Positions 11,583 through 25,146 of a stretch of 64,000 bases of DNA are shown in pieces. The stretch's first letter is position 1; each line of letters begins with the position of its first letter. The position numbers and the translations under genes were made by a program. A model generated the notes under the pieces. The model was not told where the DNA came from and ran no database searches. It saw nothing but the letters and a program-made list of their open reading frames with translations. This stretch comes from Pelomyxa schiedti. Taxonomy: Eukaryota > Protista > Evosea. Location of the stretch: the NCBI GenBank assembly GCA_020536535.1, contig JAHLWZ010000562.1, positions 1-64,000 of the forward strand, in the 5' to 3' direction.

Positions 11583-13109
11583 ATGAGCCTGTCGAGCACC
11601 CTCATCAACAGCCAAGCAACGTCTAAAGGAGGGTCCACGGGAGGTGGGGCACTGGGCGGCTCCGGGTCGTCGGGGTCGCTGAGCGGCGGCGGCGGCACAG
11701 GGGCCGCTGTTATCGAGCAGTGCATCGAGCTGATCAGCGCGGGCGGCACGCCGTGCGAGGGCGTGGCGAGGCAGGTGGTGCGGCGCGCCATCGAGGTGCT
11801 GGAGGTGGAGCCCAACGTGCCCTCCGTACCCGTTCCCGTAACTGTCGTGGGGAACATCCACGGGTGCGCTTGTGTTTCTTTGTGCGCGCGCGCGCGCATT
11901 ACTTTGCATGCAACGTATATTGAAAATATTATGTTGGTTTTTTTTTTTTTTTTTCCCCATTTTATTTTTCCCAAGTGCTGTTGGGTACTGTTTTTAATTA
12001 GCACTTATGTGTTGGCGTGGTGGTTGTATGTTACTGCTGCTTTTACTTATGCTGCTTTTGGCAGACAGTTCTCTGACTTGATGGAACTTTTCTTAATTAC
12101 CGGGACTTGTCCAGACACTAACTTCCTCTTCTTGGGGGACTACGTCAACTTTGGCCATCAGGGTGTTGAATGTTTGCTCCTGCTATTGTGTTACAAGATC
12201 AAATATCCTTCAAGGATCACTCTTTTGCGCGGGAATCACGAATCTTGTGGGCTAACACAGGCACGCCCTTTATACTGTGGCGACATCTTATTTTTTATAC
12301 CTTGCACACAAATGAACACACCGTAGTCTTAATCGCTCCTATGCACATCCAGAATCAACCAACCAATGGCACAGTTGTATGGATTCTACAGTGAGTGTAT
12401 AAGAAAATATGGCACAGCGAATCTGTGGAATTCCTTCTGTGAGCTCTTCAACTGTATGAGCATTGCTGCTGTTATAGAGCAGAAGATTTTTTGCTCCCAT
12501 GCTGGTATTTCCATTCAAAGAATCTTATTTGCACCTGAAATATTTGTACAGGACTCGCCCAAGAAGCTCCATGCATTGACCAGATAAGAGTTGTCAATAG
12601 GTTTCGAGAAGTGCCTCCTAGTGGTCCAATGTGTGAGTTACTTTGGTCAGACCCTGAAGAGACAGTTTCAGGGTTTGCCCCCTCACCCAGGTATTGTCAA
12701 GCATACTCTTAAATATTTGTAACTCTACCCAGAGGAGCAGGTTACTTGTACGGGACTGATATTGTCACCAAATTCACCAAACTGAACAACATTGACCACA
12801 TTTCTAGATCACACCAAATATGCCCCAATGGCTACACAGTATGCCGGAGCGAACTATTTCCCTATTAAAATCAAACACTCAACTTAGGTTACTATGAACA
12901 ACCTCGTTTCCACGATTTGGAGTGCGCCAAACCACTGCAACTGCGGAAACATAGCTGCCATACTCGAAGTATCAGATATAGTCTCCATACAAGGACAGGC
13001 CTCTCGGCAGTTCAGCACCTTCTTGGCTGCTCCTTCCGCTTTCACTTTCCCTGTTTTACCATCACCGGACTTTGCGGCACCTAAAGCACTGCCGGACTTT
13101 TTCTCGTGA
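11583..13109 (+). CDS. PP2A/PP4/PP6-like PPP phosphatase homologue, copy 2 (complete; degenerate metal ligands)
   Basis: Same exon structure and motifs as copy 1 (GNIHG, GDYVNFG, RGNHE, SAPNHC). Ends ALPDFFS*, resembling the PDYFL* tail of the PP2A subfamily. Confidence 0.88.
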
Positions 13110-13278
13110 ACTCCAAGGTCATAAACACCAGCTAGTGTGTAGAGAATAAAAAAAAAAAGCAGTCAAAAAAAGATAATGCTTTTGCAATAAAACTATATGG
13201 TTTTTGGTATAGGTTGTTGGTTTTGGCAGTAAATTAGCGTGAATGTATGAATGGGTGCTGTAGCCACTGGTGAGTGGC

Positions 13279-16200
13279 TCAGGGGTCTTTTTGTTCAGAT
13301 TGAAGAGGTGTGTGAAGGGGGGAAAGGGGTGGGTGCTGGTGGGTGGGGTCAAGTGGGGGGACAGGAACTGATAGTCTTCTACTGGAAGTGGTGGTGGGTG
13401 CTTTTCTTATCCAACTGGAACTTTCAGACCGTAGAATCAGCTTATTGGGTGGTGGGCGTGTGTGGGGGCTGTCAGTGGGGGGTGCTTGCTGTGTTTGAAC
13501 TGGTTGTGCTTGCGTTGTTTGTGTCCGTGCCTGTGCCTGTGTCTGTGGTTGCGGTTGCGGTTGCGGTTGCAACTGCGTTTGGGGTTGCGGTTGTGGAAGT
13601 GGAAGTGGTTCTGAGAGTGGAGGGGGTGAATTGCTGGGAGTTGAGATTACATTTGGTTGAGTGTTAGGAGGCGAAGTACTGTAAGTGCTGTTGGGAGGGG
13701 AATTGCCGTAAGTACTGTCAGGATTTGATTCGGAGTAAAGGGATATTATTTCGTCCAGTGCTTTTATGTTTGTATCAAAGCAAAGTTCGGTTGGTGGGTC
13801 TCCTGTTTGTGAGAGACTGCCTAGTTCAGGTGATGCTGTCGTTTCCATTCTCTCTTCACCTTTTCGCTCGGGTGGAGGGCTTTCCACGCTCCTTGACAGT
13901 GGAGCTGAATTGGATAAATCTGAGGTGCCAACCAACAGTGCTCCACTCTCTTGAAGCAGTTCTTTGGCGATTGACTGTTTGATGAAAGTGGAAGTAGGGC
14001 GTTTTAGAGGATCCATGCGCATGTCACCTATAGTGCTATGTCCAAAAGAAGCAGATGCTCGATTTGGACGTTTTGTCCAAGACGCCTTGGTTCAACCAAG
14101 GTTAAACCATTTAATGTCTTTGTGGTACATACTGCAATTGCATTGACACGGAACTTATTTTCCTTGGTTCCAAATTGCACGCCAGAACTGACCAAGTTCA
14201 TTTGAATTTCTAATACTGGTTAGATTGGGGAAAAAAGTCTTGTGAGCCTACCAAGTGGCCGCTCCTTATCATCAAGTACACGTTCATCTAAAAAAAGGGT
14301 AGAAGTGGTTCACTAGGATATGGTAACTACCTCCACCAGCTCTGCAGAGATATAACTGCAGGGGTTCAGGGAGAACAAAATCCTCCCGCTTCATTTTATT
14401 TTTAAACATTGGACAGAACTCTGCTACAGTGACCTTCTTGCTAATCGCCTGTTTGTTTTGTATGTTTACTTTTTTTTTTTTGGTCTAGCAATTTACTTAC
14501 AAATGTTTTAAAACATTCAGCTGAGTAATACACTCTGACTTTTCCCATTACCTAAAAAGGCTTGAGTGTGATGTTTATGAAGGAGTGTTTACGTTGGCGG
14601 CAGCATCAGGAGCTGCAGCGGTTTTGCTCTTCGATTTAGATGATACAGGGTTCAAGATCAGTGATAATTGAACTTGTGACCGTATTGCCTTTTCCCAGTC
14701 AGCAGTTTCTTTCTCCTAAGTACGGTCAGATATTTTTTTCCTTTCCCAGATGTGCAACTGTCTTAGCGGACAGCAGGACTGGTTTGTGTCCTGGCCAAAC
14801 TAGCTTGATTACACGCCACTTGGCTCGCTTCTGAATTTCTGCTTCTGTTGGAAAGGAAGTCAAAAATCACAATTTTACGGAGTAATGCAAAAACCATCGG
14901 TTAATTCAACTCCAAGTTGAGTGACAGGTATCATAAACTGAAGTGACTGTTTATGTGTAATAGAAACCTATAATAAGAGGTTACTGGCAAAGACTGAGCA
15001 ACCACAACTCAAGGATGGAAGATGTAACCTTACACAATAACAGATAATCATTGAAGACGTAAACATACTTTTTCACAATATTTTTGGAGATTTTGAAAAT
15101 TTCCCCCTCTTTCATTAGACGCCTATCAGGGTGAACAAAATCCTAAAAAGAATTTAACCCACAGGCTGTTCAGAGTTGGGGTAGTTACTTTTAACCCTTT
15201 GACAATTGCTGCTATGGCAACACCTTGTTTCATGTTTTCAGCATGGGCTTTAGCAAGGTTGATGTTATCTACAGCTGTCTGCAATACTTTTTTTGCATAA
15301 ACAAGATTTTCATAGTCGGGGTGGGTCTCTGGAGTGCTTTTTAGGAGTTCCTAGGGGGTGTTACATTGACGGACTTTCACCAAGTATTAACCTGCAGTAG
15401 AAGGGGGTACTTAAGGAGCCTTTGAAAAGGTTTTACATAAAAGTCAAGGAGCCCATGACCACCAGTGATCAATTTGGCTGACTGCCCAAAAAAAATGAAC
15501 GTCAGATAACATTATAGTTCAGGAATGTTCCACACATCAATGAACTCTTTGAGTGCCGGGGTGTCTTTTATCGCTTGTTCCAGCAGGGTGTGCGTCTCTT
15601 CCTGATAATCAATGAACAACATGTTGAAAGGACCAAGGGCAAACCTGGTGGTTACAGTAGACACTATAGTACTGAAGTTTATCGTCCTAAAAACGTTAGA
15701 AGAAATATTCTATCATGTACTCCATACAATCTTTCTGAAGGTCGAACCTATGGCAGTCTCTGGAGAAGAAGCCATCTTTTCCTTCAATTCTTTCAGAAGT
15801 TCCTGGTTTCCTTCTAGAATCATTTCAATTGTAGAGAATACGATCTAAGTTGCGGTTTCTTTTAATATTATACTTAGATAATAGAACCTTGAAGTCAGAT
15901 TTAGATAGACATGGGTACTTATCATAATCTCTCAGTGGTTTGATGTAATTGGTGACAAAAACTGTCAAATCTTCCACATATTTTTGTTCTGTAACAAGCA
16001 TTTCCTGTTGTACATTGAATCTTGCCTTGCGCATTTTCTGTTGTTCCAGTTCAACAGGGTCAGATTCTTCAGTACTTGTTTCTGTGCTAGGTGATATATC
16101 CTGTGCTGGCTGAGCACTACCATTTGGGGAAGAGTTCACAGTTTCGGGAGTGTCCTGTGGATGTGGCAGTGTAGAGTCAGTGGGAGTAATTGCTGTATCA

Positions 16201-17046
16201 GTGTTGTGGTCAAGGGACACAGGTGCGACGACCACTGGGCTATCAGAGTTATTGGAAGTACTGGTGTTAGAGGTCTCGCAAGAAGTCGGTTTGTGCTCTT
16301 GGGGAGTTGGTGTTGGTTGCTCAGAGGTTACCGAGGGTTGGGTCTCTTGTGGCTTGGGCGGCATTTCGGAGGGTGGGGAACTTGGTGCTACTTGTGCTGG
16401 GACTGGCAAGGGACTTGAAGATGAGGTGACTGTCACCTGAGGAGAAACCTTGGGGGGTGGTTGTGGTTGAACAGCAGGTGGTGCCCTTGAGGGTGGGGAA
16501 CTGCAGACAGAAGTTTGCTTTGGAGGTGGGGGTGCTTGTTGTGTTGGGGGTGCAGCAACTTGTTGTGTTGGGGGAGGAGGGGCTCTATGGCTTGGCGGGG
16601 GTGGAGCCGGAGTCGAGGGGAGTGTAACCACAATGGGGGACTACATTTGCAGTTAGGTAAGGCGAAAAAAGATACACAGATCCAAAATGCCACCAGACAT
16701 ACCGGATTTGGTGCCGTCTATACTTATTCTTAAGTGAAAAAGTAAGAAAAACAAAGTCATACACAATTAGAGTGTATCCTGGAACCAACACAGTGCTTGT
16801 GTACAGTCTCTGCACACCCTAAACCATTCATTATGCACTTAATTATCCCATCCCGTTGGGAGAAAAAAAAAACGGGGAAACTCACTTTCGCACTGCATGC
16901 CATTAATCAAAATGGGTTTGTTGCACACTATGCATAAGGAGGATGTGGATGTGTTTATAGACAAGAACTTGTGCCTCGATTGTACGTCTTGACGCACTTT
17001 AGAACACCCCGCCATCCGTATTGAATAAAATACCATTTGTGGCCAT
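13279..17046 (-). CDS. RhoGEF: N-terminal C1-like zinc finger, Pro-rich linker, DH (Dbl) domain, probable PH region, low-complexity tail
   Basis: MATN|VRQDVQSRHKFLSINTSTSSLCIVCNKPILINGMQCE (C1-like). DH start RKARFNVQQEMLVTEQKYVEDLTVFVTNYIKPL. Last exon ends EQKDP* at 13279. The PH region was not translated in full. Confidence 0.8.
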
Positions 17047-17462
17047 GGTACTGTGTCACAGCCCCTGGCTCGATTTGTTTGTTTTTTATGAGTTTGTGGA
17101 TCTTTTTTCTTTTCTTGATCAGATCTGAGCGCAGGGGAACGACACCAAACGCGAAAGAACGATACTTTTGGGAGAGTGCACTTTCGAATTCACAAGTTCA
17201 TTTTTTATTATTTAATAGATCCGGTGAGGTACAGGTGGGCTGTGTTGGCTCAAAAACAGAAATAGAGGCCGGCGTTGTGTCGAGTACTGCGGAGATAAGA
17301 AGATCTGGAGATCTGAGTGTGTTGTGGCGTGTCGGTGGCGGTCTGCTGTTAGTTTGATATAGGGGAATGATTACGACTTGGTTGACGCGCAGAGAGACGG
17401 TTGGGAGCGTGGGGCACGTTGGTCGCGTGTGGGGATTGGTGTGCTCGCGTAGCGGGAAATAC

Positions 17463-19356
17463 ATGGAATCAAAGTCGGGGAAGGGAAGTCGTGCCAGCGT
17501 TGGTGACGATGAAGGCGGCTGCGTACTTCCTGCTGGTAGGAGATTGCTTAATGCTCATATTGGGTCACTTAAAGACCTGAAGGTTGTAATTCCCGGGTTT
17601 ACACCTATTTGTTAAAGCCTTTCAGGTTGTACAAAGAGGGGACAGGAGTCTATTAATTAGCTGCGATGGTAAGTCCATTGGCTTGTGTTTCGACTTCTTA
17701 CCTGAATCACCAAGAGATTGGTCATTATGGGTTGTGGGACTTAAATGGACCATGCACGTCACCTGCTTGTTTCGTTAAGGGAGCCCGTAAGGCATACCTC
17801 ATTCTGTCACTCTCTTCTGAGAAACCAAATATTTGACCCAACTATAGACTCTGCAAGTATCAACAGCCTTGCTGTGATGGAAGTAGCATCTCTTCTCGTT
17901 ACTGCATCTGATGATACGACTATGCGACTGTGGGATTTGACCAAAATGTGTATTGATGTAATGAACCACAACAATATCGCTTTTTAACATGTCAAGAGCT
18001 CACCAGTGGTTGAAATGACCGGGCATTCAAGTTTTGTGAGTGCGTGCGCTTGCGCTACGGATAGTCCTGTAATTGCTTCATGCAGTCTGGATTCTACCAT
18101 ACGTTTGTGGTATTTCGGGGCTGAGTTGTATAGACACTGTTATTGACAAAATTACAGGGATCCACGGTCTCCAGGACATATTTTTTTGTACAATGTACAT
18201 ACTCCTGCTTCAACAGTGCGCTTTATTCCAGGGACAACAACTCTACTGGTCAGTGCTAGTAGTGGTAAGCAGTCCCTGCACGAGCCATGTGTGTCTCACT
18301 GGAGTAGAAGGACTCTTCTTCTGGGATATTCGTGTACATAAAAGTTATAAAGAAGTTTTCAATGCAATTGAGGCTGATGAGAATGAAAATTCTGGACAAA
18401 GTTCAGGTTCTTTTTGCATAAATGTTTATTGTCTAAATGCAATTTGTTAACGTATTCCAGTTCCCTCTTCACCAGCAAGAAAAATCTCCATACCTGCCAC
18501 TCCAACAAAAACACCTCATCGATCGTCTTCATCACAGATTCCACCACAAACACCTAACCGTGTAAGTAATCTTTCCCCAATCCCGCAATAACTGGTTTCA
18601 GAACACTCAAATTCAGTGGGACACACCACAAGGAAATTATTTCTGCAGCAATAGAAGTACCAAACGAGTTTTTGACAAGTTGTCTCGAACTTTCATTCAA
18701 CCTTTCACTGGGCACACTGCTCCGGTTGAAGCACTTCCCTATTCTCCTTCCTTCTCCCTCCTTTCATTATTTTGTTTAAGTTATGATAAAGTTTAACTAT
18801 TAATGAAGAACCAAAAAGTGTTACAGTGTCATCCCATCTTCCGATGGACGCCATGTACTCAGTTCATCGACAGATAATACTCATAAGCTCTGGGAGGCTT
18901 CAAAATTCACCGTTCGTATCCAGCGTGCTCTTTACAGTACTAACTTGTCTTCCAAGGGAGAGTTCACTTTTGACGGTGCTGACCTCTCCACACAAATACA
19001 ACCCGCTTTTTCCAGTGATGATAAGTATATTGCATGTGGATCAGCTGATGGCTTTGTGTACATTTGGGAGTCATTTTCGGGTGCCGATGCCTCTGCCCCA
19101 TTGAAGGTAGTGCTGCCGTTATTTAGAGGAATCCTAATGCAAACAAACATAAAAGGGTGGAAGGAGATTTTCAGGCAATCACCTACAAAAAATTCCTCCA
19201 TTCTCCAGAGAAACGACCTTCTCAATCACCTCTAACTGTTGGCTTCCGGCAGGTGGACTTTTTTTGTTCTGTTGAGGTTAAACTGATTCTTCCCTAGATA
19301 CGGGCATAGCATTTGGGGATACAAGCGGCACCATTCACATCATCGAATTATTCTAG
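17463..19356 (+). CDS. WD40-repeat protein
   Basis: LLVTASDDTTMRLWD, GHSSFVSACAC...VIASCSLDSTIRLW, FSSDDKYIACGSADGFVYIW; terminal exon DTGIAFGDTSGTIHIIELF*. Confidence 0.85.
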
Positions 19357-19391
19357 TTATCGTAAACAAATCAAAACCAAATTTCATAAAA

Positions 19392-22072
19392 ATGTCGGGA
19401 TCTTCCGGCGAAGGCGAAATCAACGGCGTGACGATCAAAGTGTGGGAGCACACGCAAAACGAAGGGGCCACGTCCTTCTCTGTGGTTGTCTCTCCAAATG
19501 GAACATTGGATGTATGAATGTTTTCTCTCTTTTTTTCCCTAAGTTGTTAACTGCGGATTGGGAGCTGCAGGGTTGACTTTTTTTTTTTTTTTTTTTTGCC
19601 AGGACTTAATCAAGGTCGTCTATATTACGCGTAGATATGCTCCTGGTGACAAGGTTGAAGTTTCTTCACTTGAAAACCAAGACCATGACATAACGCCACT
19701 GCGTAATCGCACTTTGCTCGACTTGGGGTTGCTTTCCCCTCCTGTGGTAGTGATACGGCACACTTCTTGTGATTCCAAGGTACGAAAGTTCCAACCTAAA
19801 TTTGTTGCTTTTTTTTAATGAAGTCCTCACCTATATTAAGCCTGCAACAGTGCTCCCAGGGCTGCGTCAATTTGAATCAGATGAAGTTAACATGGTAAAA
19901 GTTACACAGGAGCACCTGGGAGATGTACATAACCTTCAGCAAAGAATTGTAGAGATGGAGCAACAAATGCAAGAAATGCAATCTTCGTTTATCAGGCAAG
20001 AGCAGAACCACCAAAGGGACCTCATTGAGCTCGAAAAACAGCACCAAATAAGTGTTGAGCATTTCAGAGATCAGCACAATAGGGACCTAGACAGAATCAG
20101 AATTCTACAGGAGCGCAACAAAAAACTACAAGACCTACAAAAAGGTATCACAAGTGGGTAATTTCCGCTTTTTCCGACTCCTACACAGTTGTTGAACTCC
20201 AACGGGACCGATTTTCTAATAAATTGAATACCCAGGAACACGGTACTGTGACTCGCTGTCACTCTCACCAACACAAATCCTAGGACTAGAGCATGCTCTA
20301 TCCCACATTAGTAAGGGGAAGTGGACCTTCAATACTCCACAAACACACAAGCGCAAAGAGGCAACTAAAGTACTAGAAATAGCCCTTCCTGGTAACAAAG
20401 TGTTGCGTCATCATGTCTGCAGACGGTGCCCCCTGGATAAAGTTGTCAGGATGCTAGTTCAACAAGAAACAGGAATAGCAGAAGCAGAGCAAGAAATTGT
20501 GTTTAATGGGAAGCCGCTTCCCCCTTTACTGAGTATTGATCGCATAGAGAAACCTTTATCATCCAGAGATGAACCAGATCCAACCTCTGTGATAAAAACA
20601 GCCAGTATAACTCACTCCGACACGTTGATGGTCACTGTAAGGATTCCCAAGCTGAAAGAGCTCAACAACTTCCAATTGCTGGAGATTATAGGACACTCTG
20701 TACATGGGACTGTATTTAAAGGCGTTATCAGACCTGACAACGCAGATGTTGCTGTAAAGAAACTGCACACTATTTCCGGACCGGTTTCCACTATCTTGTT
20801 AGAATTGGAGGTTGCGTTAGCGATCTTTTATCTCTCCGACACCACATCAACACATACATCCTAAACAGACAGCACCAAATCACAGATACACAGACAGTAG
20901 CCCACTTGAGAAACCCAAATATTGTCTATTGCTTGGGTGCATGTACTGGAAGGGACCTGCTAATTGTTTCTGAGTTCATGAAACTTTCCCTAAAACGTCT
21001 CCTGGAAGTTCGACCATGCTCTGGTACTGAATCAGTATGTGTATTATTTGGCATTTCTCTTGGTTTGAAGACTCTCCACAAGTAATTTGGGCCTGTCCTT
21101 CATTTCAAGTCACTCCTTGTAGATTAGGTATTCCCCACCACAACCTCCATAGCGGAAACGTTTTTTTCGACGATGATGGCGTTCCCAAGCTTTGTGATTT
21201 TGGTACGGCTCCAAAAACATTTCTATCTTACCTCCATACTAGGTGTGTCTCGATATTGCTTACCCTCCCAAAAGGGAGGTGAATCTTCAATTTCATGTTA
21301 CTTGTCACCACAGATGAGGGCAAACCTTTTGTCAATCAAAGGTTTTCTCCTCTTAGATTCAACTCTTGTGACTCCAGCCAAGGTGATGTGTGGCAGTTTG
21401 GGATTTTAGCTTGCGAAGTATTCACGAATACTCTGCCCGATACTTCTCCGGTTGTTCCCACGTTTTTGGAGAGCCATCCCTTCCCACAAGGAGAAACAGC
21501 AGGTGACTCTAGATGACATATTGCTAAGTGGAATAATAAGCTATGCAGAGATAGAAAGGTTGATATCTCTGGTTGGTATGGAGCCTATCATCGAGTGCCT
21601 GGATTTCCGAGAGAAATGTATTACCTCACTCGTTGATAGAGCAACTGCCACCTCACTTGGAATCTTTTCCAGTACAGTAAGCGCTTGTTTAGAAATTACC
21701 GGTAAATTTCACCTCCACAAACAGCCACCCAAAAACATCATCTCCACTAAATATAACCATAAAAAAAAAAAAGAGAAAGCAAGACCACAAATCTTAGTTG
21801 TAGAGACTATGCTCAAAGCCTGCATCAAACATCTATGTGAGGAACCTAGATCACCACCCCCAATCCCAATCCCATCAACAACTACAACAGCCTCACAATC
21901 ACAAACATGCACAGCTACTACAACAGCAACAACTTCAAATACCACAATCACACAGAACCCACAAGTGTTTATTTCCCGCACCCTAGGAAACCTCCGACGA
22001 TCAGTTCAAGCACAGACATTGTTGGAAGCCAGGAATACCCCGCCCTCCCTTTTTCCTCCCGTTGAGGACTAA
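19392..22072 (+). CDS. Ubiquitin-like domain(s) + coiled coil + TKL-like pseudokinase
   Basis: UBL-like segment VVRMLVQQETGIAEAEQEIVFNGKPL. Kinase motifs IIGHSVHGTVFKG, DVAVKKL, HLRNPNIVYCLG, IPHHNLHSGNVFFDDDGVPKLCDFG and GDVWQFGILACE. HRD is replaced by HHN. Confidence 0.78.
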
Positions 22073-22457
22073 AATTCTCAAACTCCCCATCTCCGACGGC
22101 GTTGATCTGTTTCCGTGATTTCCGTGATTTGGAAGATAGATGGCAACGAACTTCTTTGCTATTGAGCTCAATCATCTGTTGTTGGCCGACGTGTTGCAGA
22201 CATTGAACAAAGCTGAGATCAACCCCATTTTTTGCTTGTAGATCTCGGGTGCAACTGTTTTTGCATTAATCGCCTGCTCGTTTTTACAGTTTAATTGGAG
22301 ATTCAATTGAAGGAGAAAACAAACAAAAAACAAAACAAACAATCGGCGATGAGTCTCGATAGTGTCGCGACGTCCGTACCCCCAAGTGAGAAAACACAAA
22401 CAAATCGTTACTGTTGCTGTTGTGGATCTCGTCTTTATCGATAAAGCGATAAGGGAG

Positions 22458-24955
22458 ATGGGAGGGGGAGATTTGCCGAATAAGTATTCGGGTGTTGTGT
22501 GCCATACTCACTCACCCTCCCCCTTTTTTTTCCCCCTCCCCTCTCAGAGTCATATACTCCTAGCGAGTTTGTGGCGCAATTTTCTGAGAAGTCGTGGGCC
22601 GACGCCGACGACGATGAGCTTGGTGAGTGCTTTAGCTGACTTGCTTTTTTCCTTCTTTTGAATTTTGGTGACACTCCAAAAAAGACTCGGTACCACCTGA
22701 ATGGTTGGCTTCTGAAGGAGCTTCCTCATTCGCCGATTTATCGGAGGCAATAAATTCCGCATCGCCACCTCACGAAAGTGCCAGTGAAGTAACAGTCACG
22801 CACAGTGAGTTCAACACAACGCACAATGTGTCCGTTGCTGCAACAACATCCACTGTCATTTCACCCTCTGGTGCAAGAACCATTAGTATAACGTATGACA
22901 TTTACATCTGGGGTTGAACTCACCTTCGACTCAGAATCAACAAACGTGTTCAAGGTGTATATGTAAGTGGAATGTCCGGGGCACTTACTGAATCTGAAGT
23001 TCGGGACCGATTCATGAGCATAGCCGAGGTTGCCATTCTCCATTTATGAAATACTTACCACTATCAGGGAATAAAAATTTCCCTGCACAACTCTGGTCGG
23101 TACCTTGTGGAGTGCCCTGATGGCACCGCAGTCGAGAATGCCTTGAAGTGCAATGGAGAAGTATGTTGATGCTAACCGTAATTAAATGGTGACGTCTTTA
23201 AGGCCTGTGGCTCCCAAATACTCAGAGTGGAACGTGTTGCAGGTTTTTCTTAGATATACCTTTGTTTATGCTTTCTAATTGTTATTTACTAGCCGCTCCA
23301 CAGAACAGGACACCGCAAAGAGCACCTCAGCCTTTCAGTATCTATTGCCTCGTCAACCATTAATTTGTTTTTTACCATTTTTCAGGCCCTCCTGTTCAAT
23401 TTTCAACAACACCAAAAACTCCACCTCGTGTATCCAGTCCAAACAATAGCATGGCTAGTGGGGCAATCCCCTACGGACTTCAGCGTCCAACATCCCCTTT
23501 TTCATCTGGCAATAACAACCCGTATCAACAAACATATTCTCCAACTTCTCCATACCAACAACGTTCCACCTCTCCAATGCTACAGCAGCACCAACATTTC
23601 GGAGGCGTACAACGAACTCCTTCTCCATCTAAATCGTATCCTCGCTCCTCTTCCCCACAAATCTTCTCACCACAATTTAATCAAGCACGCACACAGCATG
23701 GTGGGCCTCACACACCTCCACGGGTTGCTTCACCTATCTTCCGTCCCCAACAAACTATTTCCCCTCCAACAACAGACGAACCTCCGTCACCTACATGCTC
23801 TCCACCAAATACTTCACCATCACCAACGAATAGCGTGCTCACTGGTGCCGGTCCAGTGGATCGTTCATCTTCCCCAATGAAGAAATTGGTCATAGCCCCA
23901 AGAACTAACCCTGCTCCAGTTGGGGGAATGGCAGAACGTACACTCAAACCAGGACAGAGAGACATCTATGGTGGTGCCAAGTAAGTAGTCCAATAAAAGA
24001 TTCTTTCTGCTTAACTCTTACAGGCCTCGTGAAGAAAACCGAGACAAACCTGTGGCACAGGATAGTAAGCGTTTTGTTTGGCCAAGCAGATGGGACTAAC
24101 ATTTAAACAAACACAAGCTGCCCAATTACCAGCCCAACCAAGTAGTACACCAGAGTCAGAACCTAAAGAAGAGACCGCAGCTCCTACAGAAAGCCACCAA
24201 TTAGATACCACACAACCAGACTTAAAAACGGAAATAAAAATGTTTGTAAATAGTGACCTCTGTCAATACTAATAAGGCCAGTATACAGGATTCTCCGCAG
24301 GTGGAAGTGACTGTAGATATGATCAATGAATGCCACCAAGAAGTTAAACTTCCCACCCCTGTCACAACCACCACCACATTGCCCAGCACATCTCCCTCAT
24401 CCCCATCTGTGACCATAGTCAAGAGAATACCTACAGTTGTCATTCACCATAGCCTGTCTCCGCCAGTGGCGGAACCACCCACCACAACCGGACCAAGTGC
24501 ACAATCTGTTTGCACACCACAACAATCAAACACACCGGCCACCACACCACCTCTCGCCACACCTCCAGACACCACACAACAAGCAACAACTCCCCCAACT
24601 CCGGCACCAGACCAACTCCAGGCCTCACCCAGCATGGGGCCGCAATCTGTCACTGACCAGGCTCAAGCTCATTCTGCTCAGCCAAAGCAGAAACAGCAAC
24701 AGCAGCAGCAGTCACAGAAAAGGTTCTCCCCCACTCCCAATCACTTTTCAGCACACCAATCATTTCCATAGCACCCCAAAGAAGAACAAATCCAAGAAGC
24801 CTGCTGCCGCAAAGGGAAAACCTGCAAGGCACCAGGAGCAGAAGGTAAACTTTCAAAGTGCCTACTTCATAATGTGTTCTCATTTTTGTTATCAGGCTGG
24901 GGCTGGTGCTGTGAAAAATCCGTATGAACTTCTTGAGTTGGACTCGAATTCATGA
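22458..24955 (+). CDS. RRM-containing low-complexity protein, eIF4B-like
   Basis: N-terminal SWADADDDEL. One RRM (VYVSGMSGALTESEVRDRF...YLVECPDGTAVENALKCNGE...ILRVERVA). Long S/P/Q-rich region. C-terminal KNPYELLELD. The layout resembles eIF4B but orthology is not shown. Confidence 0.6.
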
Positions 24956-25146
24956 AATGGATCGTAAAGAATGCCGTCCTCCTTTTCTTTAATAATTATT
25001 GTCGTCTATTTGAAAAATGGTCAAGGTCTTCGTTTGCCTTGCAAGGCAATTGGTGACTGAACCTCAGGGTTATTAATTTTCCGATGTCTGATTTTTGATT
25101 GTTTTGATTGTTTCGCCGTAATTACACCCGAAGTGGCCACACACGA

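Noticed and set aside
11881-11898. Alternating (CG)n run with Z-DNA potential
   Set aside because: It is a short intronic microsatellite absent from the paralogous intron of copy 1, with no sign of conservation.
13520-13600. GGTTGC-type tandem repeats
   Set aside because: They encode the ordinary (QP)n low-complexity tail of the RhoGEF on the minus strand.
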